Assembly: GCA_049972095.1 (NCBI GenBank)
Contig: JBMFKQ010000024.1
Coordinates: 7,652-27,273 of the forward strand
Direction: 5' to 3'
Length of the DNA: 19,622 nt
DNA from: Elusimicrobiales bacterium
Lineage (GTDB): Bacteria; Elusimicrobiota; Elusimicrobia; Elusimicrobiales; UBA9959
In this document: positions 9,581 through 16,398 of the stretch, in pieces
Layout: every line of letters starts with the position of its first letter
Position numbering within the stretch: position 1 is the first letter of the stretch
Program-made: the position numbers and the translations under genes
Notes under the pieces: generated by a model
Databases searched by the model: none
What the model was told of the DNA's origin: nothing
What the model saw: the letters and a program-made list of their open reading frames with translations, nothing else

Positions 9581-10066
9581 TTAAAAACTTGATGTTTGAA
9601 ACAACGGTTTTTCTATCGGCATTCTAACAGTCACAGTTATTCTTTTTATATGTCTATTTTTTGGAGGATCAGCAAGAAAATAATTTGGACCCGGCAGAAT
9701 CAAATGAACAGGATAATTCAGTGTTACAACAAAATCCTCAGTCTGATGCTGTGTTCCAACCTGCGGATCATAACCGGTGGTCTCTATATTCGTTGTCATA
9801 ATAACCTCACCACAGGATGCTCCAAATATCTCACACTTAACAGATTCAAGCTTTGATTGATTGATCTGAGACTGAGTACTACTACTCCCCCCAGGCGGGC
9901 CCGCAAGAAGAGAACCTATCCTTGCCAGCTCATAGGCTGCATGATTTACAACTATCACCTTGTGAGCAAGAAGTCCGAGCTCCATTATAAAAAAAAGCAT
10001 CAGAAAAAATATAGGCAACACCAACAAAACCTCCACAACAACCTGTGCTATTCTTCTTTGCATCAC
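9581..10066 (-). CDS. tadE: TadE-family pseudopilin
   Basis: RRIA|QVVVEVLLVLPIFFLMLFFIMELG followed by AAYELARIG, the TadE-type AAxExAR motif. Start is GTG 10066 or ATG 10063. Confidence 0.88.
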   Translation of the reverse strand: MMQRRIAQVVVEVLLVLPIFFLMLFFIMELGLLAHKVIVVNHAAYELARIGSLLAGPPGGSSSTQSQINQSKLESVKCEIFGASCGEVIMTTNIETTGYDPQVGTQHQTEDFVVTLNYPVHLILPGPNYFLADPPKNRHIKRITVTVRMPIEKPLFQTSSF

Positions 10067-10072
10067 AAAAAA

Positions 10073-10264
10073 TTACTGGTTTCCCCCACCTGCCCCAAGG
10101 CTTGATGCAGCACCACTTATCATCTGTTGTATTTGAGCAAAAAGAGAGGGCATATACTTTTTTATAAGCATTCCAACTATGAGAACAACCCCTACAACAA
10201 CAGCAAGCATAAGAAGATACTCTACGGTGTTTTGAGCCCTTCTCATCTTTAAAAACCCTTTCAT
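10073..10264 (-). CDS. flp: Flp-type major pilin candidate (class III signal peptide)
   Basis: 63 aa: MKGFLKMRRA|QNTVEYLLMLAVVVGVVLIVG, with E+5/Y+6. Strong SD AAGGAGG and its own promoter. Confidence 0.85.
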   Translation of the reverse strand: MKGFLKMRRAQNTVEYLLMLAVVVGVVLIVGMLIKKYMPSLFAQIQQMISGAASSLGAGGGNQ

Positions 10265-10268
10265 TCCA

Positions 10269-10275
10269 CCTCCTT
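10269..10275 (-). promoter_or_regulatory. Shine-Dalgarno site of flp
   Basis: AAGGAGG, 4 nt before ATG 10264. Confidence 0.8.
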
Positions 10276-10289
10276 TTATTTATATTTAC

Positions 10290-10317
10290 ATTATAGCACA
10301 ATTATATAAAATTTCAA
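10290..10317 (-). promoter_or_regulatory. Sigma70-type promoter upstream of flp
   Basis: TTGAAA (10317-10312), a 16-nt spacer ending TGTGC, then TATAAT (10295-10290). This is a perfect extended -10 (TGnTATAAT). Confidence 0.75.
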
Positions 10318-10318
10318 C

Positions 10319-10480
10319 TCAATAGTTCTCTTTATACATTCTGAGTATCATCACACCACCGCGTTCAAACTGCCTTGCCACGGCCCATTGAAGTGCTTTG
10401 TGCATTATAACAAAGACTACAACAAGAACAAGTGTTATAAGTATATACTCCACCGTTGTCTGAGCATTTCTTTTATACAT
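10319..10480 (-). CDS. Second Flp-like pilin (53 aa; absent from the ORF track)
   Basis: Hand translation: MYKRNA|QTTVEYILITLVLVVVFVIMHKALQWAVARQFERGGVMILRMYKENY*. It has a basic leader, E+5/Y+6 and a hydrophobic helix. The ATG is 1 nt after the stop of the PorV-like gene. Confidence 0.85.
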   Translation of the reverse strand: MYKRNAQTTVEYILITLVLVVVFVIMHKALQWAVARQFERGGVMILRMYKENY

Positions 10481-10481
10481 A

Positions 10482-11432
10482 TTAGAACTGCATCCTTAGC
10501 GTAAGCTGCGAAGTCTTTCCAAGCTCCCCATATGGGGTAAAAGAGTACTCTATCCCGTAAGCCTTTCCAAGAATTTGCGATGAATAAACCCCAACACCAA
10601 AAGACCAACCACTTATATCATCAAGACCAAGCTTTTTTAAAAAAGAATCATCGTAGTTCTTTCCATAATTAGGTGATTTATTATAACCTGTTCTTAAAAC
10701 AAATCTGCCATACTGAAGCATCTCCTCAGGTATTACAAACTCAGCACCAAAACCAATTTTTTTATCAGAATCAGAAAAACTGATTGAATCAAGGCTCAAA
10801 ACAAGATGATCACCAAGGGAAATTGATCCACCCCAGCGTCTGATCTCAACTATTTTTTTATTATCAGATGATATATTCTGTCTTGAAACTCCCAATCTAA
10901 TTCTTCTTCCAAGTTTTAAAACAGCACCAACATCATAAGCAACACCACTATCCTTTTTCAGATATCTATCCTCATAAACATATCTTGCTGCTGCACCTAT
11001 TGAAAATCTCTCCATAAAAAACGATTTTGCAACAGAAAAAGAAGCACACATATTTTTAAACTTAACATCATCAGCGTTTATATTCACCCCACTGGAATCC
11101 CTTATCTCAAAACCATCTGTTGAAAAATAACCAACATCAATTCCTAAAACACTTGTGCCATAAGGTTTCACATAGGATATATATTTCCCATCAAAATCCT
11201 CAATCCAGTTTATCACCGAAAACTCAATCTCCCTCATCTGAGAAAAACCAATCCCTGCAGGGTTTATCCTCATTGCATCTGTCCCTTCAAGAAGCGCAAT
11301 ACCATTACCTCCAAGCCCCTGCATCCTGGATGAACCAAATGGCAGTTTAAGAAATGCAAAGCCACTTGTGCTATCAGCATATACAAGTCTCAAAGAAAAG
11401 AAAAGCGCTATTATTAAAGATAATCTCTTCAT
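10482..11432 (-). CDS. PorV/PorQ-like (UPF0164/FadL-superfamily) outer-membrane beta-barrel
   Basis: Signal peptide, then the plug motif GFAFLKLPFGSSRMQGLGG...DAMRINPAGIG. Ends YSFTPYGELGKTSQLTLRMQF. Likely start ATG 11432, with GAGGTG upstream. Confidence 0.8.
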   Translation of the reverse strand: MKRLSLIIALFFSLRLVYADSTSGFAFLKLPFGSSRMQGLGGNGIALLEGTDAMRINPAGIGFSQMREIEFSVINWIEDFDGKYISYVKPYGTSVLGIDVGYFSTDGFEIRDSSGVNINADDVKFKNMCASFSVAKSFFMERFSIGAAARYVYEDRYLKKDSGVAYDVGAVLKLGRRIRLGVSRQNISSDNKKIVEIRRWGGSISLGDHLVLSLDSISFSDSDKKIGFGAEFVIPEEMLQYGRFVLRTGYNKSPNYGKNYDDSFLKKLGLDDISGWSFGVGVYSSQILGKAYGIEYSFTPYGELGKTSQLTLRMQF

Positions 11433-11441
11433 AACCACCTC

Positions 11442-14400
11442 TTAAGGTATAAGAATCTTTTTCCTAAACTGACATCTTTCTTTAGTTCCATCAGCACTAA
11501 GCATCTTAAACACTGCATAGTATACTCCCGGTGCAAGTTTAGCAGCATCTCTATTTTTTGAAAAAACAAGCCTTACATCCTCCATACATCCATTTGTATC
11601 CTGAGTTGATGTTTTTCCTGAAAGGCAATCACCCCTTGTTCTGTCTCGTGGACCTATTCCGCTTGGGTAATAATCCTTTGAGTTATAAGAATAAACCTTC
11701 TCGCCAGCAAGGTTATATATCCTCACCTCATAATGTCCTATTGCAGGAAGCCCTAACTTAAAAAAACCATTGTCCATAGTCATTGGATTTGGCGCAAAGT
11801 ATGAGTTCTTTTTAAAATAATCACAGACATCATCTATATACCCTTGAGTGACAGGTATATAATAAAGACTTGTGCTGTCACCACTATATCTAAGAACATC
11901 ACAGCTATTTGTTCCATCAACACAATCACCTGTTATATCATCTATCAGAGTTGAGTCAGTTGAGGCAATGATCTTAAATACATATAGTCCAGATTTTACA
12001 TTTGAGTTTGTAATATCAACATTCCCATACCAGGACTCATTTATAAGTGTTCTTCCAGGTCTTGTTCCTATGATCTTGTCTACAAGGCAGGACTCCTCAC
12101 CTGTCCCGCCACTACAGATAGGCTCTGTTCCAATAAATGATGTTCCAGGTTTGTATATCTTTATTGAAACCTTCATCGTCTCAGAAATCTGGTAGCTTAT
12201 CTGTGCAGGGGCATCTGGGATAAGAGGTGCTATTGCAAGATCATAAAGCCTAAAGGGATAGTTTTCAACAGTTATGGTAACTGTCGTTATCTGAAGGGGC
12301 TTGTTTGGATTTGCATAGAGATCCCTGGCATAGATGTTTATATTGTAAAGTGGCTCAGCTCCACTTCCTCCTATCATCCACTCACCGTTTTTACATGTAG
12401 TTGGGCTATCCGGCTGGAAACACCTTCCATCCCAGTAATCCTTATAAGAGATAAATGGATCTCTTACGGCATTATCAGTAATCTTTGCAACAACCTTTCC
12501 ATTATAGAAATCAGTAACCTTTATACTAACAGCAGCATATCTTGAGACAGAATATTCTATCTGATGGGGAGGCAGTTTGACAACCTCGCTTGAGTTATGA
12601 AGTGTTGCTATGTCAGGTGTTACATTAAAACTTAAGAAAACTATCTTTCCCTTTGAAACATCAATATAGCCATATGCCTTATCCTGAGCATATATCTTCG
12701 TAGTTCCAGTAGTGTATGCAACAATTGTAAAGGGATATCTTCCATCATCAACAACATATCCATTCTCATCCCTTCCATCCCAGTACTCAGTAACCTTGTA
12801 TCTTCCAGGCCTCATACCAGATACTGAATATATGATGTTATTAGGCAATATATAACCTCCACTCTCCCACGGCCAGTCGTTTGGATTTATCTCAAAATCC
12901 TGTTTGTATATCTTGAGGTCAACCCACATACTCTGTGAAAGCTGATAGCTTACAGCAGCCAACGTTGAAAAACCTATGATATGCTGAGGGACTACATCAA
13001 CTATTCTAAAAAGATTAACATTGAAATCAGCTTTGTGTGTAAAAAGATTATTGGTAGCACAAGCATATGGATCTCTTATGGTTAAATTCGCCATATATGT
13101 TCCAGCTGAAGCCCAGCTTCCATCATTTGTTTTCCCATCCCAGGTTAGATTATGATCTATTCCACTTGACATCGGCTCATCTTGAGCAATGGTTCTTATA
13201 GTATTTCCGTTCATATCCTTTATAATAAGGGTAGCAGATGATGGCCTTTGAAGGCGGAATTTGAAAAAGAAAGGGTTTAGCCCAGCAGCTGTAGGAGAAG
13301 ATCCTATAACAGTAGTCGAAGGGGTTAAAAATCCAAGAGGGTCTCCCTTTGCTATTGCAACATTGCCAACAGAAAGCCTCTGTGTCCATATACTTCCACC
13401 CTCACCAGGCATCTCAGCTGAAAGAGCAAAAACATAGTTTCCATCGCATAGATAATTTCCATTTGAGTCCTTACCATCCCAGTAAAAACTCACAGTCTGC
13501 CTTCTTGATTTGATGTCAGAATAGCTTCTAAGAGGTGGGTTTGAAGGATTGCATGATGGTGATGTTGATCTTGCAGCGCAGTTTATATTGTCAAAAGTTG
13601 TATTCGGTGGGTATATATCAAGATAAACTGTCGCATCCTCAGTAAGCATAAAGCTTATTATTGCAACATCAGTTGCAAGAGGTCCAAGATCCTTTACAGA
13701 TACATCGGTTATCTGAAGTGGCTCTATACTTATATTGTCTGTATACTCCTGTGCATTATCCCAGCCATAACTATCTCGGGCAGATGCTTTTATTCTGTAA
13801 AAATATGTCTTTGGTTGAACAAACTGCCCACTATTATTTCTACCATCCCAGAAGTCGCCATTTGTAAGGGTTCCATCTGGCTTAATCTCACCAAACCTTG
13901 GAGCAGAGTTCTGTATTGTTCTTATTACATTTCGAGGTGGATCCTCTATTGTTATTGTCACTGTTGCATCCTTTGAAAGTCTATAGAGTATATTATATGG
14001 TGCTGCACCAACACCAGTGATCTTTCCAACAACCGTTGGTGTGGCTTTAACAACATGTATATTTGTTACATCAACAGTTATTGGGTTTTGATTTTGACCA
14101 GGAAATGCTGATGTCTGCTGTATATTTATGTTCCCTGCGGTTGGAGATACCTCATTTGTTCTAACCGTAACCCTAAATCCAAACTGACCATTAGTCTTTC
14201 CCCAAAAACCATCAACATTGTAGGAGCCATCCCATGCAGTGCAGTAAGGACCCGTTGTTATTTCAGCAGCAGTGCTTAAATTAAATGAAAAAACATTGTG
14301 CATTGAAATTGTTCTGATTGGAGGGGTTGATGATGGGTCAAGTGGATTTGCCCCAGCCTTAAACTTAAATATCTCAAATGTAAGATCATCAACACCCATT

Positions 14401-14678
14401 GTTGTATCAGCGGTTGTTTCTACAACAGCAGTAATCCATGCACAAAGAGCAACGCAGCTTCCAGGATAGCCTGCAGTCACCCTATCAAACTCTATTCTTG
14501 CTCCAGTAGAATTTGAAACAACTGATCTATCTATAGGATTATCTCCTACCCTATAATCATCACAGTAATTTGAACCTCCTTCTTTTGGTCCTGCAACCAC
14601 TATGCTAGATACATAAAGCTGCTGTGAATAAAGAGAAGTTTTAACTAAAAACAAAAATATAGCTAAATACTTTATCAT
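11442..14678 (-). CDS. Large secreted FlgD-Ig-like repeat protein with a T9SS-CTD-like C-terminal domain
   Basis: Signal peptide and seven repeats carrying W(D/Y)G. C-terminus FAPNP...VRIYNLAGEKV...LAPGVYY...KKILIP. Many closely spaced Cys pairs. Confidence 0.8.
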   Translation of the reverse strand: MIKYLAIFLFLVKTSLYSQQLYVSSIVVAGPKEGGSNYCDDYRVGDNPIDRSVVSNSTGARIEFDRVTAGYPGSCVALCAWITAVVETTADTTMGVDDLTFEIFKFKAGANPLDPSSTPPIRTISMHNVFSFNLSTAAEITTGPYCTAWDGSYNVDGFWGKTNGQFGFRVTVRTNEVSPTAGNINIQQTSAFPGQNQNPITVDVTNIHVVKATPTVVGKITGVGAAPYNILYRLSKDATVTITIEDPPRNVIRTIQNSAPRFGEIKPDGTLTNGDFWDGRNNSGQFVQPKTYFYRIKASARDSYGWDNAQEYTDNISIEPLQITDVSVKDLGPLATDVAIISFMLTEDATVYLDIYPPNTTFDNINCAARSTSPSCNPSNPPLRSYSDIKSRRQTVSFYWDGKDSNGNYLCDGNYVFALSAEMPGEGGSIWTQRLSVGNVAIAKGDPLGFLTPSTTVIGSSPTAAGLNPFFFKFRLQRPSSATLIIKDMNGNTIRTIAQDEPMSSGIDHNLTWDGKTNDGSWASAGTYMANLTIRDPYACATNNLFTHKADFNVNLFRIVDVVPQHIIGFSTLAAVSYQLSQSMWVDLKIYKQDFEINPNDWPWESGGYILPNNIIYSVSGMRPGRYKVTEYWDGRDENGYVVDDGRYPFTIVAYTTGTTKIYAQDKAYGYIDVSKGKIVFLSFNVTPDIATLHNSSEVVKLPPHQIEYSVSRYAAVSIKVTDFYNGKVVAKITDNAVRDPFISYKDYWDGRCFQPDSPTTCKNGEWMIGGSGAEPLYNINIYARDLYANPNKPLQITTVTITVENYPFRLYDLAIAPLIPDAPAQISYQISETMKVSIKIYKPGTSFIGTEPICSGGTGEESCLVDKIIGTRPGRTLINESWYGNVDITNSNVKSGLYVFKIIASTDSTLIDDITGDCVDGTNSCDVLRYSGDSTSLYYIPVTQGYIDDVCDYFKKNSYFAPNPMTMDNGFFKLGLPAIGHYEVRIYNLAGEKVYSYNSKDYYPSGIGPRDRTRGDCLSGKTSTQDTNGCMEDVRLVFSKNRDAAKLAPGVYYAVFKMLSADGTKERCQFRKKILIP

Positions 14679-16336
14679 AATCTCTCCCTGTTTTTAATCT
14701 TATAAACCTCAATCCTTTTAGATGAGACCATATCTTTAAGAACATAAAGTTCATCATTATATAAATAACAATATACAAAATTTTTTACCTTTTGAACTGA
14801 CTTTTTTACAAACCTATCATTGTCAAACTTAAATCTGTAAAGCCTTGAGTGAGAAAGAACAATAAGATTATCATTCATCCAGAAAATCCCATCAACACTT
14901 TTTATACCGTCAAGCTCATATGTTTTAACAGCTTTGATCTCTGAATTGATCTCATATCTTTGAAGGACCTTGCCTATCCCATCAAAACACCAAAGAAAGT
15001 TTCCATCAGATGAAAGCCCACCAGGTGCATATGTAAGAGATCTTACAGATGTTATCATAGATCGAGTTTCAGGATCAAACTTGATAAATCTAACTGAGGA
15101 CAGATCAAAAAACCATAGATAATCCCCTTCACGAGAGATAACTGCTGGTTTTATTCTCTGAGATGATATTTCTGATATAAGATCGATGTTTTTAAGATTC
15201 TCATCCTTGACAACTATTCCCTTTGATGGATCTGTGAAAAAATAAAAACCTTCATTCTTAACAAAAGATGTGTATGAGTTGCTTTCAAGGGTTGATGAGG
15301 AGATCATAGAAAGATGAATCTTTCTTGAGTAATCATAAGATATGTATCCAATACCTGTAAGCAGAAAAACACCAAGAAGACTAAATGCAAATATTCTTTT
15401 CATTCTGCTTTCCACCTTTTTCTTTACACCATCAAGCGATGTTAGAATATGAGGCAGAACTATCTCTTTGTTTGCATAGAGTTTTAAAAGCTCACCTACC
15501 TTATATGACCACTTTGAGGACTCCTCAAGAACCTCAGCAAGTTTTCTGACATTTTCAACACCCTTTGACTCCTCATCTTTAAGAATTTTAAGCCATGCCT
15601 CCCTTTCATTTCTAAGCCTCTCCTCCCAAACAGCAAACTCCATTCTGTGTGACTCCCACATTGATCTTTCTCTCTCCCACATCTCCTTCCACTGCTGTCT
15701 TTCGCTATCCCATGCTGATTTTATTGACTCTATCTGTTTTTTTAGCTCCTCGTTTTCTTTAATAGACTCATTAAGTCTTGCTGAAATATCATTAACCTTC
15801 TTTCTTTCAGCAAAAAGTTCAGAAACTGTATTTTCAACTGCTTTTTTTGCATCTGAAAGCTGGCTTTCTATCATGGAAAGCTTAGATTCAAGGGCTTGTT
15901 TTTCCACAGCAAGTCTTGAGTTTTGCTGTTTAAGTAGCTTTCTTTCCTCTTTTAGCTGTGAGATCTCTTTTGAAAGCTCATCTATATCCCGTTTGGTTCT
16001 TTCAAATATACCCTTCAAAAGATTTATCTCTTTCTGGTGTTTGTCTTTTTGCTTTATAAGGATGTTTTTTGACTCCTCTATCTCTACAACAAGCTTTCTA
16101 TTTTGGGAAAGGATCTCATCTTGAGATCTTGACTGCTCAGCCTTAAGCTCTTCAATAAATCTCTCAAGCTCTATAATTCTCTCATTGAGTTTTTTAATAG
16201 TCTCATCCTTCTGTCTCAAAGCTGCTTCATATTCAAGGGATTTCTCCCTCATCCTCTTTTCAAGATAATCTATTACCTCGAAGGATGGGAGCTCTCTTTC
16301 TGGAAGTCCAAACCCATATATATCTATATCACTCAT
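14675..16336 (-). CDS. Membrane protein: cytoplasmic coiled coil, single TM, C-terminal beta-propeller-like domain
   Basis: About 280 aa of E/K-rich heptads, a TM segment (IFAFSLLGVFLLTGIGYISY), then blade-like repeats (EGDYLWFFD, PGGLSSDGNFLWCFD, DGIFWMNDNLIV). ATGA overlap with the downstream gene. Confidence 0.75.
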   Translation of the reverse strand: MSDIDIYGFGLPERELPSFEVIDYLEKRMREKSLEYEAALRQKDETIKKLNERIIELERFIEELKAEQSRSQDEILSQNRKLVVEIEESKNILIKQKDKHQKEINLLKGIFERTKRDIDELSKEISQLKEERKLLKQQNSRLAVEKQALESKLSMIESQLSDAKKAVENTVSELFAERKKVNDISARLNESIKENEELKKQIESIKSAWDSERQQWKEMWERERSMWESHRMEFAVWEERLRNEREAWLKILKDEESKGVENVRKLAEVLEESSKWSYKVGELLKLYANKEIVLPHILTSLDGVKKKVESRMKRIFAFSLLGVFLLTGIGYISYDYSRKIHLSMISSSTLESNSYTSFVKNEGFYFFTDPSKGIVVKDENLKNIDLISEISSQRIKPAVISREGDYLWFFDLSSVRFIKFDPETRSMITSVRSLTYAPGGLSSDGNFLWCFDGIGKVLQRYEINSEIKAVKTYELDGIKSVDGIFWMNDNLIVLSHSRLYRFKFDNDRFVKKSVQKVKNFVYCYLYNDELYVLKDMVSSKRIEVYKIKNRERL

Positions 16337-16398
16337 ATCAGTTGAAAGTTTAACAAACCATAATTAAATTAGAATTAAAACCATATTAATTTTTTGTT

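Noticed and set aside
9930..10301. 123-aa Cys-rich minus-strand ORF (YACCCCRGC) overlapping the pilin genes
   Set aside because: It is an alternative frame of flp and tadE. The Cys run comes from GTT/GCT codons read out of frame, and the start lies inside the promoter.
2232..14469. Plus-strand short ORFs from the track (2232, 2290, 3332, 5242, 6459, 7698, 7928, 9596, 9857, 11120, 11558, 11872, 13661, 14272)
   Set aside because: All are antisense shadows of well-supported genes with no recognisable motifs. The same applies to 15873(+) and 19004(-), and to the same-strand off-frame ORFs 1745, 2853 and 13177.
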